Below are positions 16,784 through 25,849 of a stretch of 64,000 nt of DNA, one piece after another (within the stretch, counting starts at the first letter, position 1; every line of letters starts with the position of its first letter). The stretch is from contig JACQFQ010000011.1 of the NCBI GenBank assembly GCA_016199985.1, positions 28,168 through 92,167 on the forward strand. The letters run 5' to 3'. The position numbers and the translations under genes were made by a program. The DNA comes from Verrucomicrobiota bacterium (GTDB lineage: Bacteria; Verrucomicrobiota; Verrucomicrobiia; Limisphaerales; UBA11320). The notes under the pieces are model-generated. The model ran no database searches, was not told the origin of the DNA, and was given only the letters and a program-made list of their open reading frames with translations.

Positions 16784-17356
16784 ATGAAAACAATGACTCG
16801 TGGTTACTGGATGGGGGCTTTGGTCGCCCTTCTTACTTTAGGTGGCAGCGCTTTGACAGCGCAGGACAACACTCCTCCGGCGGCTCCGGGGGGGGGCGGC
16901 GGGCGGGGAAACTTTGATCCTGAGCAAATGCGCCAGCGGATGCTTGAGCGCTATCGGGAACAGCTGGATGTGAAGGATGACGCGGAGTGGAAGCTGATCT
17001 CGGCGCGCGTTGAGAAAGTCAGCGAAGCTCGTCGCGAAGTGGGCGGCGGATTTGGTGGATTCGGTCGGGGTGGTCGTGGCGGACCTGGCGGACCTGGCGG
17101 ACCCGGCGGCCCCGGCGGCGCTGGCGGCGGCGGACGTCGCGGCGGCTTCGGAGGCGACCCGGGACCCGAGGCTGAGGCTCTGCAGAAGGCGATCGATGAC
17201 AAGGCCCCCGCGGATGACCTGAAGGCCAAGCTTGCCGCCTATCGCGAAGCGAAGAAGAAGAAGGAAGCCGCTCTCGAGAAAGCCCAGGCAGACCTGAAGC
17301 AGGTCCTCTCGGCCCGTCAAGAGGCGGTGGCTGTCCTGAACGGTCTCCTCAAGTAG
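16784..17356 (+). CDS. Secreted Gly/Arg/Phe-rich coiled protein (hypothetical), first gene of the secretion cluster
   Basis: Signal peptide MKTMTRGYWMGALVALLTLGGSALTAQ. Helical Lys/Glu-rich flanks surround a core GGGFGGFGRGGRGGPGGPGGPGGPGGAGGGGRRGGFGG. Confidence 0.6.
   Translation: MKTMTRGYWMGALVALLTLGGSALTAQDNTPPAAPGGGGGRGNFDPEQMRQRMLERYREQLDVKDDAEWKLISARVEKVSEARREVGGGFGGFGRGGRGGPGGPGGPGGPGGAGGGGRRGGFGGDPGPEAEALQKAIDDKAPADDLKAKLAAYREAKKKKEAALEKAQADLKQVLSARQEAVAVLNGLLK
17081..17116 (+). repeat. 9-nt tandem repeat x4 encoding (G-P-G)n
   Basis: ggacctggc ggacctggc ggacccggc ggccccggc. Confidence 0.9.
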
Positions 17357-17400
17357 GCCCCTAACCATCGCGCGATCCGCAGCGTCTGTCCCCACACGAC

Positions 17401-19155
17401 ATGCCGACTCCTGAAGATTCCGCCCTCCACGAGCTCCTGGCGCGCATGCTTGCCGCCAGGCAGCTCTCCAGCTCGGACGCGGACGCTCTCCGAGCGCTGA
17501 GCTCCCAAGGCGGCGGCGGCGCTGTCGCCACGGAGGAAGGGGCGCTTCAGTGGGTGGCGAAGGAGTACGATGTGTCCTACTCCGCCCTGGATTCCGTGGA
17601 GATCGACAAGCAGTTGCTCTCCCTTTTTCCAGCGCGGCTTCTGCTCAAGGACGAGCTCCTGCCCCTGCGTCGAAACAACGGCGAAGTGGAAGTGGCCACC
17701 AGCCGTTTGTTCGCCACTCAGGCGTTGGACACCCTCAAGACCCTCACCGGTCTCCGTCTCAAGCCCGTCCTCGCGACGAGCGAGGCCGTGCAGCGCGAGA
17801 TGAAGAAGTGGCTCGGCGTCGGCGCGGACACCATCGACACGCTCGAGGGCGAGGCGTCGTTCCAGGTCGTCGATGAGGACGGCAAGGAGGACAACAACCT
17901 GGATGACGCCGCCGAGGACGCGTCCATCATCCGTTTCGTGAACCAGGTGCTCCGCGACGCGATCGACCTCCGAGCCTCGGACATCCATCTCGAGCCCTTC
18001 GAGGACGAGATGCGCATCCGCTATCGCATTGACGGCGTTCTACAGGACGTGCCGGTTCCCGCGCAGATCAAGCGCTTCCAGCCGGCCATCGTGTCCCGCG
18101 TCAAGATCCTCAGCCATCTCAACATCGCGGAGAAGCGCCTCCCGCAGGACGGACGCATCAAGATCCGTCTGGATGCCAGCGAGGTCGACATCCGCGTCTC
18201 CGTCATCCCCATGCTTCACGGCGAGGCCGTGGTGATGCGTCTCCTGCGCCAGAACTCCAGCCTCCGAGGCATGGGTGAGCTCGGCATGGCCCAGCGCGAT
18301 CTGGACTCCTTTCTCCGTGTGCTCGCGTTGCCCCATGGCATCGTTCTGGTCACCGGGCCGACGGGCAGCGGCAAGACGTCGACGCTCTACACCGCGCTGA
18401 ACTCGATCAACGATTCGGTTCGAAAGATCATCACGATCGAGGATCCTGTGGAGTATCAGCTCAAGGGAGTGAACCAGATCCAGGTGTCGGAGAAGGCGGG
18501 ACTGACTTTCGCGCGAGGGTTGAGGTCGATTCTCCGCCACGACCCCGATGTGGTGCTGGTCGGCGAAATCCGGGACCGCGAGACCGCGCAGATCGCCGTG
18601 CAGGCCTCTCTTACGGGGCACTTGGTTTTTTCGACGCTTCACACCAACGACGCCCCGGGAGCGCTGACGCGTCTCGTGGACATGGGGGTGGAGCCGTATC
18701 TCGTCGCCTCCTCTCTTGAGGCCGTGCTCGCCCAACGACTGGTGCGGAGGCTCTGTCCGCATTGCAGGCAGATCGATGAATCCGAGGCCACTCTGGGGTT
18801 GAAGGCTCAGGTGGACGCGCTGGGCGACGCGGTGGTCTATCGCGCGGTGGGATGCCGGGCCTGTCGCGGCACAGGGTATCATGGGCGTCATGGCGTTTAC
18901 GAATGGATGGACGCGACGCAGGATATTCGAAGGATGCTGCTCAAGAACACGTCGAGCGGCGAGATTCGCGAGGTCGCGCGCCGTCATGGCATGACCTCGC
19001 TTTCGGAGGACGGATGGCGTTTGGTCCGCCTGGGAATCACGACCCCTGAGGAAGTATTGCGAACGACGAAGGAGCAGTCGCTGGACGAGAAGATGGAGGA
19101 GAAGGCGTCAGCGGCGGCTGGGCAGCCTGCGGCGGCGCGGACAGGGCGGGCCTGA
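17401..19155 (+). CDS. gspE: Type II secretion system ATPase GspE
   Basis: N-terminal T2SSE_N-like domain. Walker A GPTGSGKTSTLY, Asp box, Walker B VVLVGEIRD, His box TGHLVFSTLHTND. C-terminal tetracysteine CPHC...CRAC. Confidence 0.95.
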   Translation: MPTPEDSALHELLARMLAARQLSSSDADALRALSSQGGGGAVATEEGALQWVAKEYDVSYSALDSVEIDKQLLSLFPARLLLKDELLPLRRNNGEVEVATSRLFATQALDTLKTLTGLRLKPVLATSEAVQREMKKWLGVGADTIDTLEGEASFQVVDEDGKEDNNLDDAAEDASIIRFVNQVLRDAIDLRASDIHLEPFEDEMRIRYRIDGVLQDVPVPAQIKRFQPAIVSRVKILSHLNIAEKRLPQDGRIKIRLDASEVDIRVSVIPMLHGEAVVMRLLRQNSSLRGMGELGMAQRDLDSFLRVLALPHGIVLVTGPTGSGKTSTLYTALNSINDSVRKIITIEDPVEYQLKGVNQIQVSEKAGLTFARGLRSILRHDPDVVLVGEIRDRETAQIAVQASLTGHLVFSTLHTNDAPGALTRLVDMGVEPYLVASSLEAVLAQRLVRRLCPHCRQIDESEATLGLKAQVDALGDAVVYRAVGCRACRGTGYHGRHGVYEWMDATQDIRRMLLKNTSSGEIREVARRHGMTSLSEDGWRLVRLGITTPEEVLRTTKEQSLDEKMEEKASAAAGQPAAARTGRA

Positions 19156-19176
19156 CGCGCGATGGGATGAGATCGA

Positions 19177-20451
19177 ATGGCGACCTTTCAATATAAAGCG
19201 CTCCAGCGGGACGGCCGGGTTGCCGAAGGGCAGCTCGACGCCGGCGGACGTCAGGAGGCCCTGCGGCATATGGAAGGGCTCGGCCTTCGCCCCATCAGCC
19301 TCTCGGAGCGCAACGGCGCGAAGAATGGGAAGCCGGTGAACGGTTCCCAGCCCGCCAAGGACGGCGCCGCCAAGTCCCGGACCGGGGAGGCGACGGCGCC
19401 CGTGGGCGGCGGTCGCATCACGCCCCGAATCCTCGAGAACTTCACCCGTCTTCTCTCCAGCCTGCTGGCGGCTGGAGTGCCGCTGAGTCGCGCGCTCGTG
19501 ATTCTTTGCAAGGAGGCGGCCACGCCGGCGGCCGCGGCGCAATGGAAGTCCGTGCACGACCTTGTCATCGACGGACTGCCCCTTGCGGACGCCATGGGCC
19601 GCTCGCCGAAAACCTTCCCCAGGGTGTACGTCGCCATGGTGGAGGCGGGCGAGACCGGCGGGTTTCTCGACGTGGTGCTCGCGCAGATCGCGGACTTCCA
19701 GGCCCGCGAAAAGGAAATGCGGTCGAAGGTCATGACCGCGCTGCTCTATCCCACCATCCTCCTCATCCTGGCCGTGGGCGTCCTGGTGTTCCTGCTCGTG
19801 TTTTTCATTCCGCGGTTTCAGCCCATGTTCGCCAGCTTCGGCGCGTCGCTGCCGCTTCTCACCCAGATGATCGTGAACGTCAGCGAAGTGCTGCGCTCCT
19901 ACGGGCTCTTCCTCGCGCTCGGAATCGCTCTGGGGATTTATTCGTTCCGCACCTGGCTGGTGTCGGAACAAGGCCGCCGCATGTGGGAGGGCCTGATCAT
20001 CAAGGCCCCGATCGTGGGCCCTTTGGTGGCTCAGTTCGCGATGTCGCGCTTCTGCCGGATGCTCGGCACGCTGCTGAGCGCCGGCGTCCCGCTGGTCAAC
20101 GCGCTCAACGTCGCGCGTCGCTCGATCGGGAACCAGATTCTGGTGGACGCTGTGAGCAACAGCATCGAACGCGTGAAAGAGGGCAAGCCCCTCGGACCAA
20201 GCCTCGGGGAATGCCGCTCGCTGTTCTCGGGGTCGGTCCTCGAGATGATCTCGGTCGCCGAGGAGAGTGGAAAGCTGGACGTGGAGCTGATCCGGATCGC
20301 GAACGTGACGGAGTCCGACCTGGACCGCGAGCTCAAGACCGCCGTCGCGCTGGCGGAGCCTCTCATGCTTTTTCTGATCGCGGGATTTATTGGCACCATT
20401 TTCATCGGAATGGTCATCCCCATTTTCTCTCTACAGGACCACATCAAGTGA
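19177..20451 (+). CDS. gspF: Type II secretion system inner-membrane platform protein GspF
   Basis: Two T2SSF repeats and three hydrophobic segments. Typical LL.AGVPL..AL motifs occur twice. Confidence 0.95.
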   Translation: MATFQYKALQRDGRVAEGQLDAGGRQEALRHMEGLGLRPISLSERNGAKNGKPVNGSQPAKDGAAKSRTGEATAPVGGGRITPRILENFTRLLSSLLAAGVPLSRALVILCKEAATPAAAAQWKSVHDLVIDGLPLADAMGRSPKTFPRVYVAMVEAGETGGFLDVVLAQIADFQAREKEMRSKVMTALLYPTILLILAVGVLVFLLVFFIPRFQPMFASFGASLPLLTQMIVNVSEVLRSYGLFLALGIALGIYSFRTWLVSEQGRRMWEGLIIKAPIVGPLVAQFAMSRFCRMLGTLLSAGVPLVNALNVARRSIGNQILVDAVSNSIERVKEGKPLGPSLGECRSLFSGSVLEMISVAEESGKLDVELIRIANVTESDLDRELKTAVALAEPLMLFLIAGFIGTIFIGMVIPIFSLQDHIK

Positions 20452-20520
20452 CGCGCGGCGCAATGAACCCAAACTGACCGGAATGACACGGAACCGAACT
20501 GAAGTTGAAATCGACCAGCC

Positions 20521-20985
20521 ATGAACACACAACCTCGAAACTCTCTCAGACTGCCCGCCAGGCGGGCGCGGGGCTTCACCCTGATTGAACTGCTCCTCGT
20601 GCTTGTGATCCTCGGGATTCTCGCGGGGATCGTGATCCCCAAGTTCGCCGGGCGCACCGAGCAGGCGCGCACGACCGCCGCGCAATCCCAGATCTCCACG
20701 TTCGGCACAGCCCTGGACGCCTTCGAAGTCGACATGGGCTATTATCCGCGGGGCAAGAACGGCCTGCGGGACCTGGTGGATCCGCCACGCGACGCGGCCA
20801 ACTGGAAGGGGCCGTACATGAAAAACGACATCCCCAACGATCCCTGGGGCAACCCCTATATCTACGAGTATCCGGGAAAGCGGAACGCGAAGTCGTATGA
20901 TTTGATGTCCATGGGGCCGGATGGCCGCGTGGGAGGCGATGATGATATTTCGAACTGGCAACTCCAGAACCAGCCCAAGCGGTAG
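20521..20985 (+). CDS. gspG: Major pseudopilin GspG
   Basis: Prepilin motif RGFTLIELLLVLVILGILA. GspG body QISTFGTALDAFEVDMGYYP...GPYM...PNDPWGNPYIYEYPG...SYDLMSMGPDG. Confidence 0.95.
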   Translation: MNTQPRNSLRLPARRARGFTLIELLLVLVILGILAGIVIPKFAGRTEQARTTAAQSQISTFGTALDAFEVDMGYYPRGKNGLRDLVDPPRDAANWKGPYMKNDIPNDPWGNPYIYEYPGKRNAKSYDLMSMGPDGRVGGDDDISNWQLQNQPKR

Positions 20986-21544
20986 CCGGCCGCGAGGCGG
21001 GTTCACGCTGATCGAGCTGATCCTTGTGATGGCGATGATGCTCATCGTGCTGTCCCTCGCGGGAGCGTCGTTGTCCGGCTTCTTCAAAAGCCGCACGCTT
21101 GAGGCCGAGGCGCGTCGCTTCCTGTCGCTCACCCGCTACGCCCAGAGCCGCGCCGCCGCCGAGAGCACGCCGATGATTCTGTGGGTGGACCTCCGTCGTC
21201 GCCTCTACGGCGTCGAGCCCGAGTTCAGTTTTTCGCTCACCGGAGACCGGGTGGTGGAGTACCTCATGGGGGACGACCTGACGATTCAAGTCATCACGAC
21301 TCCGCAGCAAAACGCGCGATCGACTCGAGGGTCCGAGGGCGGGCGATTTGCGAACGCGGACATCCAGATGCGGTTTTCTCCCGACGGCTTTCTGGGCGAG
21401 CTCAATCCGCAGCAGATTGTCCTTCTGCCGCAAAGCGACTCGATCCCGTCGTCCCGCGGCTCAGGCGGGATCCTGATCGCGCCGAACCGCACGGCGTCCG
21501 GCTATGAGATTCAACCCAGCACCGCCTATGCGACGCGGCGCTAA
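20939..21544 (+). CDS. Minor pseudopilin, GspH-like
   Basis: GGFTLIELILVMAMMLIVLSLAG prepilin N-terminus, and position after gspG. The start is uncertain (20921-20942). Confidence 0.65.
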   Translation: MMIFRTGNSRTSPSGSRPRGGFTLIELILVMAMMLIVLSLAGASLSGFFKSRTLEAEARRFLSLTRYAQSRAAAESTPMILWVDLRRRLYGVEPEFSFSLTGDRVVEYLMGDDLTIQVITTPQQNARSTRGSEGGRFANADIQMRFSPDGFLGELNPQQIVLLPQSDSIPSSRGSGGILIAPNRTASGYEIQPSTAYATRR

Positions 21545-21908
21545 CCGGCGGCGGCGCGGGTTCACGCTGGCCGAGGCGCTGGCCGCCCTGGCGTTCCTCG
21601 CGATCGTCATCCCGGTCGCGGTGGAGGGCGTGCGGGTCGCCAATCGCGCGGGCCAGGTGGCGGAGCGCAAGCAAGAGGCGGCTCGCGCCGGCGCGCGGAT
21701 CATGGGCGAGCTGGTCGCGACGAAACAGTGGCAGCAGTCCGCCACCAGCGGGACAACGCAGGAGGGCCGGCGGACGTACCGCTGGCAGATCCAGAACAAG
21801 AGCTGGGATCAGGACGCGATGCAGGTGATGCGGCTGGACGTGTTTTATGTCGTGCAGGGCCAGGAATACTCGGTGCGCTTGAGCACCCTGGTCGACAGCA
21901 CGCAATGA
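21504..21908 (+). CDS. Minor pseudopilin, GspI-like
   Basis: RRGFTLAEALAALAFLAIVIPVAVEG prepilin N-terminus, small size (126-134 aa) and gene order. Confidence 0.6.
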   Translation: MRFNPAPPMRRGANRRRRGFTLAEALAALAFLAIVIPVAVEGVRVANRAGQVAERKQEAARAGARIMGELVATKQWQQSATSGTTQEGRRTYRWQIQNKSWDQDAMQVMRLDVFYVVQGQEYSVRLSTLVDSTQ

Positions 21909-22747
21909 GAAGGAACAGAACGAAGATGACGCAACGAACGACAGAAGGTTTGGGGTCGCGGCGCGAACTCGCCAGGGGCGGGTTCACGCTGATCGAGCTC
22001 ATGCTGTCTATCGTGATCTTCGCGGTCGTGCTGGCCGCGATCAACGGCGTGCTCTTCGGCGCCTTGCGGCTGCGCAACAAAACCACCCAGAGCCTGGATC
22101 GGATCCTGCCCATCGAGCACGCCTCCCTCGTGGTTCGCAGGGATCTGGAGGGACTTGTCCCGCCCGGCGGCGCCTTCGCTGTTTCCCTGAAGACGGGGAC
22201 GGTCACGGGCGTGAGCTCCTCCGACGCCGGACTCGAGTTTTATTCGAACACGGGGACGCTCACCGATCTGCAACCGTGGGGCGATATCCAGCGCGTGGGC
22301 TATTTACTCATGGAGTCCACCAATCGGGTGGCCGCCTCCCGAAGCGGCAAGGATCTCGTTCGGGTCGTGACGCGCAATCTTTTGTCGCCCACCCAGGAGA
22401 CGCCGGAGCCGCAGCACTTGCTCGAGGGCGTTCAATCCCTTGAGTTCGAGTTCTACGATGGCGCCCAGTGGAAGAATACGTGGGACTCCACGACCGAGAC
22501 TTCGGTGTTCCCGCTCGCCGTGCGGCTATCCATGACTTTGACGGACAACGAGGACGAGGATGGCGAAGCGCGTCCACGGCAGAGCGGGCGTCAGGCGACC
22601 TTGCCTCTCCAGATTGTCTGTCCCGTGTTGGTGGCCGCAAATACGAACCAGACTACACAGGCCACTGGTGGCGGAGGCGGTGGTGGTGGTGGCGGAGGCG
22701 GCGGCGGCGGCGGCGGTGGTGGCGGTCGTCCAGGAGGTGGACAATGA
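21905..22747 (+). CDS. Minor pseudopilin, GspJ-like, with C-terminal 20-Gly tail
   Basis: ARGGFTLIELMLSIVIFAVVLAA prepilin N-terminus. ATG 21905 overlaps the upstream stop (ATGA). The C-terminus is TTQAT-G20-RPGGGQ. Confidence 0.65.
   Translation: MRRNRTKMTQRTTEGLGSRRELARGGFTLIELMLSIVIFAVVLAAINGVLFGALRLRNKTTQSLDRILPIEHASLVVRRDLEGLVPPGGAFAVSLKTGTVTGVSSSDAGLEFYSNTGTLTDLQPWGDIQRVGYLLMESTNRVAASRSGKDLVRVVTRNLLSPTQETPEPQHLLEGVQSLEFEFYDGAQWKNTWDSTTETSVFPLAVRLSMTLTDNEDEDGEARPRQSGRQATLPLQIVCPVLVAANTNQTTQATGGGGGGGGGGGGGGGGGGGGRPGGGQ
22667..22726 (+). repeat. (GGN)20 trinucleotide tract encoding 20 consecutive glycines
   Basis: I counted the codons directly: ggt ggc gga ggc ggt ggt ggt ggt ggc gga ggc ggc ggc ggc ggc ggc ggt ggt ggc ggt. 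Confidence 0.95.
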
Positions 22748-23883
22748 GAATCCTCTCCACTCAGAAGCTTTATCTCAAATCGGTCGCGACACGCGGCGGC
22801 GCCTTGATCATCACTCTCTGGGTGACGTTCGGGTTGGTGAGCTTGGCGCTCTACTTTGGGCACTCGATGTCGCTCGAGCTGCAGGTGTCGGAGAACCGGA
22901 TGGCAAGCCTTGCGGCGGACCAAGCGGTCCAGGGCGCGGCGCGCTACGCGGTCCACCTTTTGTCGAATCTGCAAACCCCGGGCGTGCTCCCGACCGTTCA
23001 GAGCTACGTGCAGGACGCGGTTCCTGTCGGGGACGCCACGTTCTGGTTCGTGGGCCGCGACCCGGATCAAGCGTCGCCGACCTTGCCCTACTTCGCGCTC
23101 ACGGATGAATCGGCGAAAATCAACGTGAACTCCGCGTCCCAGGAAATGTTGGAAGCCCTGCCCCGCATGACCTCCAGCTTGGCCGCCGCCATCATCGACT
23201 GGCGCGACACAAACAGCGACCTGAGCACGGGAGGCGCGGAGGACGAAACCTATCTTCGTCGCAATCCTCCGCATAGGGCCAAGAACTCGAACTTTGAGAG
23301 CCTCGAGGAACTGCGGCTTGTGTTCGGCATGGACATGGATGTGTTGTACGGCGAGGACGCCAACCAAAACGGGATCCTCGATCCCAACGAAAACGACGGC
23401 GACACATCGCTTCCCTCCGACAACAAGGACGGCAAGCTGGATCCGGGAATCATCGAGTATCTCACCGTTGCGACGCCGATCGTGAACGGGCCTGGAGGGC
23501 CTGTGAGTCTCATCAACGCCAGCACGGCCAGCGAGGCGGTCCTCACATGCATTCCAGGAATCGGCAAGGACGGGGCCTCGGCGCTGATAGCCTATCGCAA
23601 GGGCCACACCGATCAGCTCGCGACCCCCGAATGGTTCACAAACGCCCTTACCGGCGCCGCGCTTCAGGCGGGTCGCGCGTATCTCACCAACGCCAGCGCG
23701 TATTTCAGCGCGGACATCGCGGCGGTCGGCGGGCATGGCCGGGGCTACCGGCGCCAACGATTCATTTTTGACCTCAGCGGCAGCGCTCCCCGGATCATGT
23801 CGCGGCAGGACCTGACCGCGCTCGGATGGGCGTTGGGGCGCGATGCGCGCGAAACCGCGATGAATGTGAAAAGGAACCCATGA
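22744..23883 (+). CDS. gspK: Minor pseudopilin GspK-like
   Basis: N-terminal RGGALIITLWV, a pseudopilin-like helix lacking Glu5 as in GspK. Two helix-hairpin-helix-like segments: INVNSASQEMLEALP...AAAIIDWRD and INASTASEAVLTCIPGIG...ALIAYR. ATGA overlap at 22744. Confidence 0.7.
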   Translation: MRILSTQKLYLKSVATRGGALIITLWVTFGLVSLALYFGHSMSLELQVSENRMASLAADQAVQGAARYAVHLLSNLQTPGVLPTVQSYVQDAVPVGDATFWFVGRDPDQASPTLPYFALTDESAKINVNSASQEMLEALPRMTSSLAAAIIDWRDTNSDLSTGGAEDETYLRRNPPHRAKNSNFESLEELRLVFGMDMDVLYGEDANQNGILDPNENDGDTSLPSDNKDGKLDPGIIEYLTVATPIVNGPGGPVSLINASTASEAVLTCIPGIGKDGASALIAYRKGHTDQLATPEWFTNALTGAALQAGRAYLTNASAYFSADIAAVGGHGRGYRRQRFIFDLSGSAPRIMSRQDLTALGWALGRDARETAMNVKRNP

Positions 23884-25316
23884 AGTCCGCTTCCAATAAA
23901 CGTCGATCGAATTCCGTGCTGAGCCTCTGCTTTGACGGCAGCCGGATGGACGGCGTCACGCTCCGTCGCTCGAACGGATCCGCCGAAGTCACGGCCGTGA
24001 TCAACGCGAACCTCTCGCTGAACCTCCTGAGCCACGAGCCCGAGTTGGTGGGGCAGGAGATTCGTCAGCAGCTGCAGGCCGCGGGCGTTCGCGAGCGTCG
24101 TTGCGTTGTGGCCTTGCCGCAGAACTGGGCGCTCACGATGCAGGTGGACGTCCCGGACCTGCCCGACGCGGATCTGGAGAGCTTCTTCCAGATGGAGGGG
24201 GAGCGCGGGTTTTCGACCGGCCCCGACGCCATTGCGCTGGGAATCTCGCGATTTCAGCTGCCCGGCGGCGAGCAGCGCGCAACGGTGATCGGGATTCCGA
24301 GAAACCACCTGGAGCGCCTGGACGCGATCCTCAGGGCCGCGAAGCTGGATCCTATCGCGTTCTCGCTGGGGATGCCCTCGATGCATCAGCTGGCGTCGAA
24401 GCCGGACGAGGCCTCGCTGTCTCTGCTCGTGGGCGAGCACTCGCTGAGCCTTGAGGTGGGGCAGGGCGACGGCATCGCCGCGCTGCGCGCGCTCGACAAC
24501 GCGCTGGAGGGCGAAGGCCCCGAACGCGAGGTGAACCTGGCCGCTCTCGTGCGAGAGCTGAGGGTCACTCTCGCCCAGCTTCCCCCGGCCTTGCGCACCG
24601 CCATCCGTGTGCTGCGTCTTTTCGGGTCCGCCCCGTGGTGCGACCGCATCGGACACGATTTGCGCGAGCCGCTTCAGGCCCTGGGGCTGAGCGTGGAGCG
24701 CGTCGCTGTTTTGCCCGCGACGCGGCTGGGAATCACTCTCTCCGCGGGAGCGAAAGCCAATCCCGAGACGGCGCTGGCCGCGTGCCTTTTGGCGGGCAAG
24801 GACATTAGTCCCGGCTTTCTCCCGCCTCGGGTGAGCGCGTGGCAGCGCTTCAGCACCCGCTACTCCAGCAAGAGCCTGACCTACGCGGCGCTTGCCATCG
24901 CCTTCCTTGGCTTGGGCGTGATCGGGCTTTTTGGTTACCAGGAGGCGCAGCTCTCGCGGCTCCGAACGGAGTGGTCGAGGCTCGCCCCGCGCGTCGAGCA
25001 ACTGGAGGCGCTGCAGCAGGACATCAAGCAGTATCGGCCCTGGTTCGACGCCTCAGTGCGCCACCTCACGATCCTGAAGCGCCTGACCGAGGTCTTTCCC
25101 GAGGACGGATCGGTGACGGCCAAGACGGTCGAGATCCGCGATGGCAACGTCGTCACCTGCGGGGGCACCACGAAGGACGCCCCCATCTTCTACAAGATGC
25201 TGGATCAACTCCGCGCCCTCAAGGACGTCTCCGATGTCACCGTCGACCAGCTTCGCGGCGAGTCGTCGCGCCAGTTCACGTTCAGCTTTCACTGGGGAGA
25301 AAAAGCACAACCATGA
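23880..25316 (+). CDS. GspL-like / fused PilM-PilN-like assembly protein
   Basis: ~330-aa cytoplasmic domain, a single TM (LTYAALAIAFLGLGVIGLFGY) and a ~130-aa periplasmic domain. Supported by position after gspK and the ATGA overlap at 23880. Confidence 0.55.
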   Translation: MKSASNKRRSNSVLSLCFDGSRMDGVTLRRSNGSAEVTAVINANLSLNLLSHEPELVGQEIRQQLQAAGVRERRCVVALPQNWALTMQVDVPDLPDADLESFFQMEGERGFSTGPDAIALGISRFQLPGGEQRATVIGIPRNHLERLDAILRAAKLDPIAFSLGMPSMHQLASKPDEASLSLLVGEHSLSLEVGQGDGIAALRALDNALEGEGPEREVNLAALVRELRVTLAQLPPALRTAIRVLRLFGSAPWCDRIGHDLREPLQALGLSVERVAVLPATRLGITLSAGAKANPETALAACLLAGKDISPGFLPPRVSAWQRFSTRYSSKSLTYAALAIAFLGLGVIGLFGYQEAQLSRLRTEWSRLAPRVEQLEALQQDIKQYRPWFDASVRHLTILKRLTEVFPEDGSVTAKTVEIRDGNVVTCGGTTKDAPIFYKMLDQLRALKDVSDVTVDQLRGESSRQFTFSFHWGEKAQP

Positions 25317-25849
25317 ATCCTCAAGCCCGCCAACGCACCTTGCTCATCGCGGCCGTCGCGCTGCTCGTCCTCTTCATCGGGGACAAGCTGGTGGTCACGC
25401 CTCTTATCGCCTCCTGGAAGGATCGCGGGAACCGGATCATCGACCTTCGAAAGAAGGTGGAACACGGGAACCTCGTTCTCGGCCGGGACTCGATCATCCA
25501 GGATCGCTGGGATGAGATGAGCACCAACACGCTTCCCCAGGAGGCCTCGGTCGCCGAGAGCAGGGTGCTCAAGGCCTTCGACCGATGGTCGCAGGAGAGC
25601 CGTGTCAGCATCACCTCGATTAAGCCGCAGTGGAAGCACGCCGCGGACGACCACGCCACTTTGGAATGTCGCGTGGATGGTTTCGGCAGCCTCGGCACGG
25701 TGACGCGTTTCCTCCACGCGATTGAAAAGGATCCCATGGCGCTCCGGATCGACGTGCTGGAGCTGGGCGCCAGGGACAATGAGGGAAAGCAAGTGACCCT
25801 GGGGCTTTCAGTGAGCGGATTGCAACTCACGGGACGCGCGCAACCATGA
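25313..25849 (+). CDS. GspM/PilO-like bitopic assembly protein
   Basis: 178 aa with an N-terminal TM (LLIAAVALLVLFIG) and a periplasmic ferredoxin-like-sized domain. Supported by gene order and the ATGA overlap at 25313. Confidence 0.5.
   Translation: MNPQARQRTLLIAAVALLVLFIGDKLVVTPLIASWKDRGNRIIDLRKKVEHGNLVLGRDSIIQDRWDEMSTNTLPQEASVAESRVLKAFDRWSQESRVSITSIKPQWKHAADDHATLECRVDGFGSLGTVTRFLHAIEKDPMALRIDVLELGARDNEGKQVTLGLSVSGLQLTGRAQP

Noticed and set aside
20452-20520. Search for a sigma-54 -24/-12 promoter directly upstream of the major pseudopilin gene gspG, as in PilR-regulated pilin genes.
   Set aside because: There is no TGG...N..TGC pair at correct spacing in this 69-bp spacer, and likewise none upstream of gspE or the kinase gene. 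The only good candidate is at 16683-16698.
22591-23757. Minus-strand ORF containing a ~20-residue poly-proline run.
   Set aside because: It is the mirror image of the (GGN)20 tract in the GspJ-like gene. The remainder is antisense to gspK, which has clear pseudopilin and HhH motifs.
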